A DNA stretch of 64,000 bases from Spirochaetota bacterium (GTDB taxonomy: Bacteria; Spirochaetota; UBA4802; JAFGJZ01), in assembly GCA_016928815.1 (NCBI GenBank), contig JAFGJZ010000177.1, forward strand, positions 987 to 64,986. The letters run 5' to 3'. This document shows, piece by piece, positions 44,754 to 55,210 of this stretch. Position 1 is the stretch's first letter; every line of letters starts with the position of its first letter. The notes under the pieces were generated by a model. It searched no databases. It worked only from the letters and a program-made list of their open reading frames with translations, and was not told the DNA's origin. A program made the translations under genes and the position numbers.

Positions 44754-46550
44754 TTAGTGGAAGAAGGCATATATTTTTTCAGCATCTGTTCTGCTGATTC
44801 CGCTTATTCCGGATAATTCCTCTATTTGTGCACTCTTAACCGCATCAATGGATTTGAATTTTTTTAGCAGTATATTTCTTTTCTTTTCTCCGATACCTTC
44901 TATTCTGTCCAGATCTGAAGTTAAAGTGTTTTTTGAACGGAGAATTCTGTGATATTTTACTCCGAAATCATGCGTCTGATCCCGGATGTTCTGAATTATT
45001 TTCAGTGCGGGACTGTCATAGCCCGGCCTGACAGGCTGTTCATCCGGACTGAAATAGAGTTCTTCAAATTTTTTCGCGATTGAAATAACCGGTATTCTCA
45101 TGCCGAGAGCGTCTCTTGCTTCGATTGCCCTTTTAAGCTGGGTAGGCCCTCCGTCAATGATTATCAGATCCGGTTTTTCCTCCTCTCCGTTTGTCACATT
45201 CTGTAAAAAACGCGCTACAGCCTCGTGTATCATGCCCGGATCGTTGGCTTCGGTATAACCCTTAATTTTGAATTTTCTGAACCGTGATCTGTCTGATACA
45301 CCGTTTTTAAATGCAGCCATTGATGCTACCGCATTGGTGCCCTGAAAATTTGATATGTCAAAGCATACCATTTTTTCAGGAAAATCCGGAAGATCAAACA
45401 TTCTGCGGAGTTCATTAAGGCCTTCGGTTTTTTCATTGAATATGCCGGCTGATTTCCTGTTTATTATGACTGCATCAATATTTTTATGAATGAGATTTAA
45501 AATGCTTTTATCTTCGTCCGATTTTATTTTTTTAATGAAAACCTTTTTTTCAGCAGCAGTGGAAAGATACTGTTTGATAATTCCGGAATCGGACATTTCA
45601 TGTTCGACAAAAATTTCCAGAGGAATACGGTTTCTTTTGTAGTAATCAATAATGAAACTCTGCAGAATTTCATTCACGGTGCTGTATTCAATATTATCAA
45701 TTATCGTAATTTTTCTTCCGCAGAGGATTCCATTTCTGAATTCAAAAAGTATGATTACCGCTTCCGAATCGCTTATTTTAATTCCTGCATAATCCCTGTC
45801 AAATCCGCCGGAAAGAGAAATGTTCTGTTTGAAGGAAATTTTCTGGATATTAAATATCATGTCCCGCAGCTTTGCCGCCTTTTCAAATTCAAAGGCCGCT
45901 GAAGCGGAATTCATCTTTTCAGTAAGAAACTCAACAGCATGCTGATTTTCACCTTCAAGAAAAAGAACTGCCGATTTAATAATTTCCAGATATTCATCTT
46001 TTGAAATCAAATTTGTACAGACGCCGGAGCATTTACCTATCTGGTTGTTTATGCATGGGCGTTCGCCGTTTTTAAGCGGCAGCTTTTTTGTACAGCGCTT
46101 CAGTTTAAAAAGATCATTTACCAGATTTACACCGTTCTTTGCCGCGCTGGAATCCGTGTAGGGACCGAAATACCGGTTTCTGTCATTTGTCATCATTCTT
46201 GTATAGATAATACGCGGATAATCCTCGGAAAATGTAACGGCAATATACGGATAGTTTTTATCATCTTTCAGTCTGATATTGAATCTGGGCTTATGTGTCT
46301 TGATGAGATTATTTTCAAGAAGCAGTGCTTCAATTTCGTTGGAAGTGACTATATATTCAATACTGTCTATGTTGCTGACCAGAACAGCGGTTTTTTTATC
46401 CTGTATGTTTTTCTGAAAATAGGAGCTTACTCTTTTAATTAATGATACTGCTTTACCGATGTAAATGATATCATTTGAACTGTTTTTCATTATGTAAACA
46501 CCCGGCTGATCCGGTATGCCGCTAAGAATTTTTGTTATTTTTTCATCCAT
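44754..46550 (-). CDS. uvrC: Excinuclease ABC subunit C
   Basis: PGVYIM, IYIGKA, EALLLE, FDISN, IDGG, C-terminal HhH. Confidence 0.97.
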   Translation of the reverse strand: MDEKITKILSGIPDQPGVYIMKNSSNDIIYIGKAVSLIKRVSSYFQKNIQDKKTAVLVSNIDSIEYIVTSNEIEALLLENNLIKTHKPRFNIRLKDDKNYPYIAVTFSEDYPRIIYTRMMTNDRNRYFGPYTDSSAAKNGVNLVNDLFKLKRCTKKLPLKNGERPCINNQIGKCSGVCTNLISKDEYLEIIKSAVLFLEGENQHAVEFLTEKMNSASAAFEFEKAAKLRDMIFNIQKISFKQNISLSGGFDRDYAGIKISDSEAVIILFEFRNGILCGRKITIIDNIEYSTVNEILQSFIIDYYKRNRIPLEIFVEHEMSDSGIIKQYLSTAAEKKVFIKKIKSDEDKSILNLIHKNIDAVIINRKSAGIFNEKTEGLNELRRMFDLPDFPEKMVCFDISNFQGTNAVASMAAFKNGVSDRSRFRKFKIKGYTEANDPGMIHEAVARFLQNVTNGEEEKPDLIIIDGGPTQLKRAIEARDALGMRIPVISIAKKFEELYFSPDEQPVRPGYDSPALKIIQNIRDQTHDFGVKYHRILRSKNTLTSDLDRIEGIGEKKRNILLKKFKSIDAVKSAQIEELSGISGISRTDAEKIYAFFH

Positions 46551-47640
46551 TATTGCTTATTCTGTATTTAACCTTCATTATGTATGAATTAGTAAGATCA
46601 TGATCCGGATTTGCCTGCCTGGCTTTTTCAAACATTTCAAGGGATACTCCGTATTTTTTCCGTTTGGCATTTATTACTCCCAGGTTGAAATAGCTGCCGA
46701 ATCCGTCAGGTTTAATGTAGCTGAGGGTGTTGAAAACGGATTCTGCTTCATCAAGCCTGTTTTCCTTCAGCATCTGCACACCTGTTTTAAATATATCATC
46801 AAGATAATCTTTTTCAGATAATTCATTAATTTTCCGGTCCTTTTCCTTCATTTCAGACATAAGATTATTAAACGAATATGCCAGTTCCTTGAAATCATCA
46901 TCCGCAGCCGTGTTTAATTTAAATCCGGGTTCACCACGGGCGGCTTTTTTTACAACATGGGCCAGACTGTTTATGAACAGCGTCAGGTTATGCATGTACA
47001 GAAGGGATATCAGAACAGTCACAACAAGGAAAATTGAAACAGAAATAAAAATATATTTCCGGTAATAGAGATCTTCGGAGGTAATGGCGGTTATCGGATT
47101 TTCAAGAAATGAGGTGTTACAGTAAAGCTGAACAACGTATGTTTTATTCTGCTCCCTGACCGGGAAAAATACATTCTGCCAGAAAAAATTATTTTCTTTA
47201 TAAATTCTCGGATCTGCGGTTACTTCATATAAACCGTTTTTAATGTAGTTTTTTCCGGTGGATAAATTTATGCTTTTCCCCTGACTGTAAGGGGTTTTAA
47301 AAGCTTTGTCAATATTGACAATTTCCCGGACTTTGAAAAAATTTTCATCCTCAGTCTGTGAAAAAATTATTACGGAAAGAAGACGGCTGTCGTTGACTGT
47401 GTGGAAGTAATTTTTAATCTCTTCATAATTTTTAAAATTCATCATTAATGAAATTGAATAATATTTATCCGCAGTTTCAATTGAAGCCGTTTCAGACAAT
47501 CTGTTAAGATAATCCCGTATGTAGGCATTCTTTTTACTCTGAAAAGACAGAAGTATGAAAGTGAAAGCTGCGGTTAGCAGAATGACTGAAACAGTAAATG
47601 AAATCATATATTTAAAAATGCTGCTTCTTGGCCTGCTCAT
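46543..47640 (-). CDS. Two-TM protein with periplasmic domain, HAMP domain and C-terminal TPRs
   Basis: Two TM helices; DDFKELAYSFNNL HAMP motif; YFNLGVI TPR; start taken at ATG 47640. Confidence 0.75.
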   Translation of the reverse strand: MSRPRSSIFKYMISFTVSVILLTAAFTFILLSFQSKKNAYIRDYLNRLSETASIETADKYYSISLMMNFKNYEEIKNYFHTVNDSRLLSVIIFSQTEDENFFKVREIVNIDKAFKTPYSQGKSINLSTGKNYIKNGLYEVTADPRIYKENNFFWQNVFFPVREQNKTYVVQLYCNTSFLENPITAITSEDLYYRKYIFISVSIFLVVTVLISLLYMHNLTLFINSLAHVVKKAARGEPGFKLNTAADDDFKELAYSFNNLMSEMKEKDRKINELSEKDYLDDIFKTGVQMLKENRLDEAESVFNTLSYIKPDGFGSYFNLGVINAKRKKYGVSLEMFEKARQANPDHDLTNSYIMKVKYRISNNG

Positions 47641-47641
47641 T

Positions 47642-48733
47642 TTATAACTCCGGTAATATGATATTAAATGTTGAACCTTTTGCAGGAGAACTTGCAACTT
47701 CCAGGGAACCGTTGTGCAGTTCGATAAACTTTCTGCAAATTGCAATACCGAGTCCGTTTCCTTTTTCCCCTCGTGTACCTGTTTTATAGTTTATTGAATA
47801 ATTGCTGAACAGTAAATTAATTTCTTCAGTACTCATGCCGATTCCGGTATCGCTTATTGATATTTTCAGGAAATTATCTGAGAGTGATTCGGCTGTAATG
47901 ATTATTTCGCCTTCTTCTGTGAATTTAATGGCATTGCTGATAAGGTTATTCAGAACCTGAATGATTTTTATCTTATCCATGCAGACTTCAGTTCTTTTCA
48001 GTTTATTAATGAATTTAAGATCATTTTTTTTATCGATACTCAAAAGTATGAAACTATTTACCGAAGAACTGATGATTTCACCGATATTGAATTTCTCTTT
48101 TTTCAGATCAATAATTCCCTGTTCTATCTTTGAGATATCGAGTAGTTCATTTACAAGCGAATATAAATGATCTGAAATGTCTTTAATGACATTGATGTAT
48201 CTTTCCTGTTTGTCATTCAGGTTCCCCTTTTTAAGAAGATATCCTGCATATCCTCCTATACTTGAAAGCGGTGAACGAAGGTCATGCGACACAAGAGTCA
48301 GAAATTCATCCTTAAGCCTGTTAAGCTTTTTAAGCTCGATAAGGTTTTTCTCATTTTCGCGCTGCAGAAGAATATGATTGGCTGCTTTGTTTATTCTGTG
48401 CTTCAGCGTTTCACCGTCAACAGGTTTCTGGATGAAATCGTATGCACCCAGATGCAGTGCTTTGATGGCTCCTTCAATTGATGCATAGCCGGTGAAAACA
48501 ATCGGTACTGTTTCCAGTTTGCTGGTTTTGATATGGTTCATGAGCTGAAACCCGTCAACTTCAGGCATATTTATATCAGTCAGAATGATATCAAATTTGC
48601 GGGTTTTTAAAATTTCTATGGCTTCCTTTCCGTTTGAACAAACTTCGGTATCATAATTTTCTTTTTTTAGAATCTGTGCAATTTTATCGGCGATTTTTAC
48701 TTCATCATCAACTATAAGAAGTGAAATTTCCAT
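47642..48733 (-). CDS. Hybrid response regulator / histidine kinase (REC-HisKA-HATPase)
   Basis: IVDDE, TDINMP, FIQKP; SHDLRSPL, NLISNAIKFT, DTGIG, GLG; start taken at ATG 48733. Confidence 0.93.
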   Translation of the reverse strand: MEISLLIVDDEVKIADKIAQILKKENYDTEVCSNGKEAIEILKTRKFDIILTDINMPEVDGFQLMNHIKTSKLETVPIVFTGYASIEGAIKALHLGAYDFIQKPVDGETLKHRINKAANHILLQRENEKNLIELKKLNRLKDEFLTLVSHDLRSPLSSIGGYAGYLLKKGNLNDKQERYINVIKDISDHLYSLVNELLDISKIEQGIIDLKKEKFNIGEIISSSVNSFILLSIDKKNDLKFINKLKRTEVCMDKIKIIQVLNNLISNAIKFTEEGEIIITAESLSDNFLKISISDTGIGMSTEEINLLFSNYSINYKTGTRGEKGNGLGIAICRKFIELHNGSLEVASSPAKGSTFNIILPEL

Positions 48734-48973
48734 ATTATATCCGGATAAATAAAAATTTTTCAAAAATACTGAAATAGTCAGATAGATATCATGTAACAGT
48801 AAAATACCGGTTTTATTAAAGCAATTAAAATACTTTATTGAAATAATTAATCTTGACGGTTATTTTAAGTATGAATTTATGACAATATACTGAAAATCAG
48901 AATTTTATTATTTTTTAATAGATTTTTTAATGTTATTCGATTTTTAATCAAAACTCTTCAGATGGAGAATTGT

Positions 48974-51946
48974 ATGGAAGCTAAATACAGAATTGAAGTG
49001 TATCCTGCCATTCCGGACAACAGAGGAAAATCAGTAAAAAAAAGATTTGAAAAGATAGGGATTTTTACTGACAGTATTATCATAGCTGATAATTATTTAA
49101 TAAATGCGGATTTCACCGAAAAGGAAATTACTCTCCTGGCCGACCGTCTGGCAAACCCTGTAACTCAGAAATATGCAGTAAACAAACAGTTATCAGAACT
49201 GAATTTCGACGTAGCGGTTGAAATCGGTTTTCTTCCGGGAGTGACAGATAATGTCGCCCATACCGTGACTGATATTATATATGACAGTTTTAAAGACAAG
49301 ACAAAACAGGATGATCTGGTATTTACAACAAAAACTTTTTTTATCTCGGGTTCTCTTACGTCCGGACAGATTAAAGAAATAGCCTCGGAGCTTTATAATC
49401 CTCTGATACAGAGAGAGACGGTTTTAACTGCTGCAGAGTATAAATCATCCGGCGGTTTCAGCAGATTGATTCCTGTTGTAAATGTTCATGAAGACGGTGA
49501 TGTCAGCAGTATTGATCTGAATTTAAGCGATGTTGAACTGACGGAACTCGGGAAAAGCGGAATCATGGATTCTGAAAATTCAAGACGCGGACCGCTTGCT
49601 CTTGATCTTGAATCGATGAAAGTAATTAAAAAATATTTTGATGAAACCGAAAAAAGAAAACCGACCGATGTTGAAATTGAATCCATTGCCCAGACATGGA
49701 GCGAGCACTGCAAGCATACAATTTTTGCAGCACAGATAGATGATGACGCGGAAGGTATTTTCAGAAGCTATATTAAAGCGGCAACAGATAAAATCTGCCG
49801 TGACCGGGGAGCGGATAACATATGTCTTTCCGTTTTTAAGGATAATGCCGGCGGAATCGAATTTGATGAAAATTATATTATTTCCGATAAAGTTGAAACG
49901 CACAACAGCCCTTCCGCACTTGATCCGTTTGGAGGATCCATTACAGGTATTGTCGGTGTAAACAGGGATGAAATGGGATTCGGTATGGGAGCAAAACCTG
50001 TCGCAAACAGATACGGTTTCTGTTTTGCAGATCCTGATGATAAAAAGCCTGTCTACAGATCAAAAGACCGGAATTCTGCACTTCTTTCGCCGGAACGGAT
50101 AATGGAAGGTGTAATTCAGGGCGTGAATGTCGGCGGGAATCAGTCAGGTATTCCTACACCGCAGGGATTTATCCGTTTTCATGAACGCTTTAAGGCCAAG
50201 CCTCTTGTTTTTGTCGGAACAATCGGATTGATTCCTAAAATCGTAAACGGAAAATCATCAGTGAAGAAAAGCGCACGTCCGGGAGATCTGATAATAATGG
50301 CCGGAGGACGTGTCGGAAGAGATGGAATTCACGGAGCGACTTTTTCAAGCGAAGCATTATCCGGAGGAAGTCCTGCAACAGCCGTGCAGATAGGTGATCC
50401 GATCACCCAGAAAAAAATGTCGGATGCAATTGTAAAAGAAGCAAGGGATCTTGATTTATATAATTCCATAACAGATAACGGAGCAGGCGGACTTTCATGT
50501 TCTGTCGCTGAAATGGCGAAAGAGTCCGGAGGCTTTGAAGTTGATCTTGAAAAAATTCCCGTTAAATATCCAGGTCTTGCCTCCTGGCAGATTTGGGTAA
50601 GTGAATCACAGGAAAGAATGACTCTATCAATTTCTCCAGAAAAAGCGGATCAGTTTATCGCACTGATGAAAAAGCGCGGTGTTGAAGCGACAGTAATCGG
50701 AAAGTTTACAAACAGCGGCAGAGGTCTTGTACGTCATAACGGGCGTGAAGTTTTTAACATTGATATGGGATTTCTGCATGACGGTCTTCCTCAGAAAAAA
50801 TTTGAAACTGACTATGCAGTAACAAAAAAAGACAAACCGTCATATAAAAAGGTAAATCTGGAAAAAGCCGTTTTTGACATGATGTCAAGGCTTAATATAG
50901 CGTCTTTTGCTTTCATTTCCAATCAGTACGATTTTGAAGTTCAGGGTAATTCGGTTCTGAAGCCGCTTCAGGGAAGGGGAAATGTGAACAGTAATGCAAC
51001 GGTAATCCGTCCGCTGTTTAATTCCCGAAAGGGTGTGGTACTGTCTCAGGGATTATATCCTGAATACAGCGAACATGATCCTTATAATATGGCTGCATCT
51101 TCAATTGACACGGCGGTAAGAAATGCAGTAGCGGCAGGAGGCAGTCTTGATAAAATGGCCCTGCTCGACAATTTCTGCTGGTGTGATTCAACAAACAGTG
51201 AAAGGCTCGGCCAGCTTAAACTGGCATCTCAGGCCTGTTATGATCTGGCTGTTGCATACGGTACTCCGTATGTGTCAGGCAAGGACAGCATGTTTAATGA
51301 TTTTAAAGGCTTTGATTCTGAATTAAATCCGGTTGAAATTTCCGTTCCTCCGACGCTTCTTATTTCTTCAATTGGAATTGTAGATGATGTCAGTTACTGT
51401 CAGTCAATTGATTTCAAATTTGAAAATGATCTGATTTATCTTTCAGGTGTTACGTCCGATGAATTAAACGGCAGTGAATTTTATAGTTATTTATCTGAAG
51501 AAACTGCCTGTGCGGTTGAAGGCGGTAAGGTTCCTTCCGTAAACATTGATGGAAATAAAAATCTGTATAATTCCGTTCATGATGCTTTTAAGAAAAATCT
51601 GATCGCATCATCAATTAGTGTTGAAAGGGGAGGCCTTGCTGTTGCAGTTATTAAATCCGCAATTGCAGGAGGCCTCGGATTTGAAATAAATATTGATAGT
51701 ATTGCAACTGAAGGTGAGTTAAGTGAAGAGGAGCTTTTTTTCTCCGAATCACAGGGAAGGATTCTTGTTTCCGTAAATCCGGAGCACAGGGATGAATTTG
51801 AAAAAACGGTAAAGGGCGGATTTTCCAGAATAGGAACTGTCGGAGGAAGTAATGCTGTATTTACCGGTAAGTCCGGCAGTGTGATATTCAGCAGTTCTCT
51901 GGAAAAACTGTCAGAGAAATATTCAAGTAGATTTAATAAATATTGA
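48974..51946 (+). CDS. purL: Phosphoribosylformylglycinamidine synthase synthetase subunit PurL with extended (PurS-like) N-terminus
   Basis: WSEHCKH, KVETHNSPS, GRDGIHGA, DNGAGGL, SESQERM, DNFCW, SGKDS, FSESQGR; RBS GGAG before 48974. Confidence 0.93.
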   Translation: MEAKYRIEVYPAIPDNRGKSVKKRFEKIGIFTDSIIIADNYLINADFTEKEITLLADRLANPVTQKYAVNKQLSELNFDVAVEIGFLPGVTDNVAHTVTDIIYDSFKDKTKQDDLVFTTKTFFISGSLTSGQIKEIASELYNPLIQRETVLTAAEYKSSGGFSRLIPVVNVHEDGDVSSIDLNLSDVELTELGKSGIMDSENSRRGPLALDLESMKVIKKYFDETEKRKPTDVEIESIAQTWSEHCKHTIFAAQIDDDAEGIFRSYIKAATDKICRDRGADNICLSVFKDNAGGIEFDENYIISDKVETHNSPSALDPFGGSITGIVGVNRDEMGFGMGAKPVANRYGFCFADPDDKKPVYRSKDRNSALLSPERIMEGVIQGVNVGGNQSGIPTPQGFIRFHERFKAKPLVFVGTIGLIPKIVNGKSSVKKSARPGDLIIMAGGRVGRDGIHGATFSSEALSGGSPATAVQIGDPITQKKMSDAIVKEARDLDLYNSITDNGAGGLSCSVAEMAKESGGFEVDLEKIPVKYPGLASWQIWVSESQERMTLSISPEKADQFIALMKKRGVEATVIGKFTNSGRGLVRHNGREVFNIDMGFLHDGLPQKKFETDYAVTKKDKPSYKKVNLEKAVFDMMSRLNIASFAFISNQYDFEVQGNSVLKPLQGRGNVNSNATVIRPLFNSRKGVVLSQGLYPEYSEHDPYNMAASSIDTAVRNAVAAGGSLDKMALLDNFCWCDSTNSERLGQLKLASQACYDLAVAYGTPYVSGKDSMFNDFKGFDSELNPVEISVPPTLLISSIGIVDDVSYCQSIDFKFENDLIYLSGVTSDELNGSEFYSYLSEETACAVEGGKVPSVNIDGNKNLYNSVHDAFKKNLIASSISVERGGLAVAVIKSAIAGGLGFEINIDSIATEGELSEEELFFSESQGRILVSVNPEHRDEFEKTVKGGFSRIGTVGGSNAVFTGKSGSVIFSSSLEKLSEKYSSRFNKY

Positions 51947-51957
51947 TGGAGTCTGTA

Positions 51958-52755
51958 ATGAGTAAACCGGGTGTTATAATACTAACAGGATATGGAATAA
52001 ACTGTGAAGAGGAAACTGCACATGTTTTCAGTGAAGCCGGTGCAGCTGTCAGAATCTGGCACATAAATGATCTTATTGAAAATAAAAATATTCTGAAAGA
52101 AAACCAGATTTTTGTTTTTCCCGGCGGATTCAGCTATGGTGATGATACCGGAAGCGGAAAAGCTCTTGCAACCAAAATTATTAATAATCTGTCGGAAGAA
52201 TTTATGTCCTTCATGAAAAGGGACGTGCTTATAATGGGCATATGCAACGGATTTCAGGTGATGACAAATCTTGGAATTGTTCCCGGCTATGGCGATTTTG
52301 GTCATTCGGAAGTTGCTCTTGATCATAATTCAAAAAACAGATATGAATGCAGATGGGTTCATTTGAAATTGAACAACAAAATCTATTTCAAAGATATGGA
52401 CGTAATTAAGGTTCCGGTTGCACACGGTGAAGGGAATTTTTATGCAGATGAAAAAGTAATTAATAAGCTGATAGAAAATGATCAGATAGCGGCATATTAC
52501 TGTGATGAGAACGGGAAAATGGCAAATGGTGTATTTCCATTGAATCCGAACGGTGCACTGCGTGATATTGCTTCCATCACTGACAGAACAGGCAGATTTA
52601 TCGGTATGATGCCTCATCCCGAACGTAATTTTCTTTTTTCACAAAGAGATGATTATGCTTATCAGAAAGAAGTCATTCTGCGCAAAGGAGGAACTCTGCC
52701 GGAGTTCAGTGAAGGAATGAAAATTTTCAGAAATGCAGTAAACTACTTCAAATAA
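51958..52755 (+). CDS. purQ: Phosphoribosylformylglycinamidine synthase glutaminase subunit PurQ
   Basis: PGGFSYGD, GICNGFQ, AHGEG, NPNG, MMPHPER. Confidence 0.95.
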   Translation: MSKPGVIILTGYGINCEEETAHVFSEAGAAVRIWHINDLIENKNILKENQIFVFPGGFSYGDDTGSGKALATKIINNLSEEFMSFMKRDVLIMGICNGFQVMTNLGIVPGYGDFGHSEVALDHNSKNRYECRWVHLKLNNKIYFKDMDVIKVPVAHGEGNFYADEKVINKLIENDQIAAYYCDENGKMANGVFPLNPNGALRDIASITDRTGRFIGMMPHPERNFLFSQRDDYAYQKEVILRKGGTLPEFSEGMKIFRNAVNYFK

Positions 52756-52774
52756 AAAAAATTATCACGGAAAT

Positions 52775-53962
52775 CTACATGTCGAATTTCTTTCCGATCA
52801 TGTAATTACCGGATTTTTCTTCGTCTATGGATTTGTCTTCCCTGTAGAAGGTGCAGATTCCGTTGAGTTCACCCATCATATATTCTCCTTCTGATTCAAG
52901 ATTGCCCGATGGATAATACTCTTTAAATTTCCCTTCTCGTTTCCCCATTATATATGCGCCTTCGAATTTTACTTTTCCGTTCGGATGGAATTCTATCCAC
53001 TGTCCGTTTTTATCCGGTTTATCGGCAAGTCCGGACATCTCACCTTCACCGGTAATTTTTCCGTTTTCATACAACCAGCAACGTCCGGCTACCATGTCAC
53101 CGTTCAATGTAAGTTTCCGCGTAACCTGTCCTTTCTGATTGAGATAAGTCCATATTCCTGTTTTTTTACCGGCACTGTATTCTCCGAATGATTCCGCTTT
53201 GCCGTCAGTATAATAAGTACGCCATATTCCGGACATAAGTCCTTTTTCGAACTTGCCTTCCATCTGTTTGGTGCCTTTGTCGAAATAGAATGTCCATTTC
53301 CCGGACGGTTTGTCATCATTCATAAATCCGTTTACTTTTATGTTTCCGTTGGGATACCATTCGTTAAATTTTCCGTTCTTAAGATTCTGTTCATACCAGG
53401 ATGTCTGCCGGGTTTGCGAATTTTCATAATATATCTGAGTTTTCCCTTTTTTCAGGCCGTTCTGGAACATTTCCTCCATCTGAATTTTCCCGTTTTCAAA
53501 ATAGGTGATTTTAGTGCCTTCAATTACACCATATTTAACTGCGGTTCCCGATGAGTTATCTGTTTTTATCGAATATTTGCATTTTGAAAGGACTTTGCCG
53601 CTTTGATAAAATTCTGTCCATTCTCCTGTTTTCTGACCTTGTTCAAAATCCCCCTGCAGTCTGACAGAACCGTCCTGATAATAGTAGAACCATTCCCCAT
53701 GCTGCATATCATTAACATAACTTCCTTCTGCAAGTTTTACTGTTCCGCCGGTACCTTTGGCGAATAGGACCCAGTTTCCTGTTTTTTTGAAATTCTCGAC
53801 ACTTCCGCGGCCTTTCAGAGAATTATCATCCCAAAATTCCTCTGAAATACCGTCTTTAATTTTTTCAGGATTTTTTTCAGCTGGATTTTTAGTCTTTTTA
53901 TCTGAGGATGCGCATGATAATATTAAAAAAAAGAATATTATGAATATTGCTGATTTTCTCAT
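52775..53962 (-). CDS. MORN-variant repeat lipoprotein (YwqK-like)
   Basis: Lipobox ILSC; many G.W..YY..G....EG.Y..G repeats; RBS AGGAG. Confidence 0.88.
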   Translation of the reverse strand: MRKSAIFIIFFFLILSCASSDKKTKNPAEKNPEKIKDGISEEFWDDNSLKGRGSVENFKKTGNWVLFAKGTGGTVKLAEGSYVNDMQHGEWFYYYQDGSVRLQGDFEQGQKTGEWTEFYQSGKVLSKCKYSIKTDNSSGTAVKYGVIEGTKITYFENGKIQMEEMFQNGLKKGKTQIYYENSQTRQTSWYEQNLKNGKFNEWYPNGNIKVNGFMNDDKPSGKWTFYFDKGTKQMEGKFEKGLMSGIWRTYYTDGKAESFGEYSAGKKTGIWTYLNQKGQVTRKLTLNGDMVAGRCWLYENGKITGEGEMSGLADKPDKNGQWIEFHPNGKVKFEGAYIMGKREGKFKEYYPSGNLESEGEYMMGELNGICTFYREDKSIDEEKSGNYMIGKKFDM

Positions 53963-54091
53963 AAATTACTCCTGATTCAGAATAAGTTTAAATACTGATA
54001 ACCGGTGAAAATATACATTTATCCTTATCCTTGCTTATATTGCAATAAATTTATGACAATATTTAATATAATATAATCATAGATTTTATTA

Positions 54092-54120
54092 TTGCAAAAT
54101 TATATTTTTTTTGCTAAATT
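54092..54120 (+). promoter_or_regulatory. Sigma70-type promoter with extended -10
   Basis: TTGCAA-N17-TAAATT, with TG two bases upstream of the -10; RBS GAGG follows. Confidence 0.5.
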
Positions 54121-54148
54121 AATACAATAATAAATAAGAGGTTATAAT

Positions 54149-55210
54149 ATGTTTAAAAAAAGGGTTATTCCGGCTGCTGTTATTTCTCTTTTCATATCTG
54201 CTGCTGTTTTTGCCGATAAGTTTTCCGATGACCTGGAAGCACAGAAAAACAGGGATAAGATGATGGTTGAAGAAGTAAGTGACAAAATTGACAGAATGCG
54301 TATTGACCTCATTGCTCAGAATAAAAAATTTGAAATCGGTATTACATGGGCTATTACACAGAAAATCAGGGAAATTACCGGAGATAAACCGGATCCTCTG
54401 CCTATTAAGCCTGTACCCCGGCCTAAACCTGACCCGATAATTAAACCCGATCCGGTGGTGAAACCTGATCCTGTTAAAGATCCGGAAGTACCTGATCCGG
54501 CTGATCCTATTTTCATCGGTAAAAAAGCCAATCCGAAGGCTAAAGCTTTTAACTGGCGCGATAACGGCGGTTTGACAAGTGTAAAGTTTCAGGGAAGATG
54601 CGGAAGCTGCTGGGCTTTTGCGGCAATGGCGCAGCTTGAAGGTGTTTATAAAATTGTTTATAAAAAAGATCTGGATTTTTCAGAGCAGTATATAATAGAC
54701 TGCGCCAGAATAAAAGGATCACAGGACTGCGGAAGCTGCAGCGGCGGATACTATCCGTTTGTCCTTCAGTTTCTTACTACGGAAGGCGGGGCGATTCTGG
54801 AAAAAGATGTTCCGTATAAAGGATCAAACCAGTCATGCCGTGTGAAACCGGACCGTACATATTCTGTTGCGGGATGGGGACGTCTTGCCGAGAATGATAT
54901 TCCATCGGTTGAAAACATCAAGGAAGCCTTATGTAAATATGGACCGATTGTTGCTTCTGTTAAGGTAACTGAACTTTTTCAGGCCTATACAGGCGGAATT
55001 TTTGATGAACATGCAAAAGTGTCCGGGAAGCTTGATACCAATCACGCAATTCTGATTGTCGGATGGGATGATGCGAAAAAAGCGTTTCTTATAAAAAATT
55101 CCTGGGGAGAGTACTGGGGTGAAAAAGGTTACATGTGGATAGAGTATAACTGCAATAATATCGGAAGGGGGGCAAGCTGGATTATTCTTCAGAAACCGGT
55201 AAATGATTAA
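54149..55210 (+). CDS. Secreted papain-family (C1A) cysteine protease
   Basis: Signal peptide; FNWRD, QGRCGSCWAF, FSEQ..DC, NHAI, KNSWG..WGEKGY; Pro-rich linker. Confidence 0.93.
   Translation: MFKKRVIPAAVISLFISAAVFADKFSDDLEAQKNRDKMMVEEVSDKIDRMRIDLIAQNKKFEIGITWAITQKIREITGDKPDPLPIKPVPRPKPDPIIKPDPVVKPDPVKDPEVPDPADPIFIGKKANPKAKAFNWRDNGGLTSVKFQGRCGSCWAFAAMAQLEGVYKIVYKKDLDFSEQYIIDCARIKGSQDCGSCSGGYYPFVLQFLTTEGGAILEKDVPYKGSNQSCRVKPDRTYSVAGWGRLAENDIPSVENIKEALCKYGPIVASVKVTELFQAYTGGIFDEHAKVSGKLDTNHAILIVGWDDAKKAFLIKNSWGEYWGEKGYMWIEYNCNNIGRGASWIILQKPVND

Noticed and set aside
48734..48973. Purine or ZTP riboswitch upstream of purL
   Set aside because: The region is almost all A/T, with no stable stems, aptamer motifs or terminator.
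52775..53962. YwqK 'antitoxin' as part of a toxin-antitoxin system
   Set aside because: Only generic MORN-variant repeats and a lipobox are present, with no adjacent toxin gene.
54380..54510. Nucleotide-level repeats as a CRISPR or VNTR
   Set aside because: They are degenerate codon repeats encoding the KPDP linker, with no repeat-spacer structure.
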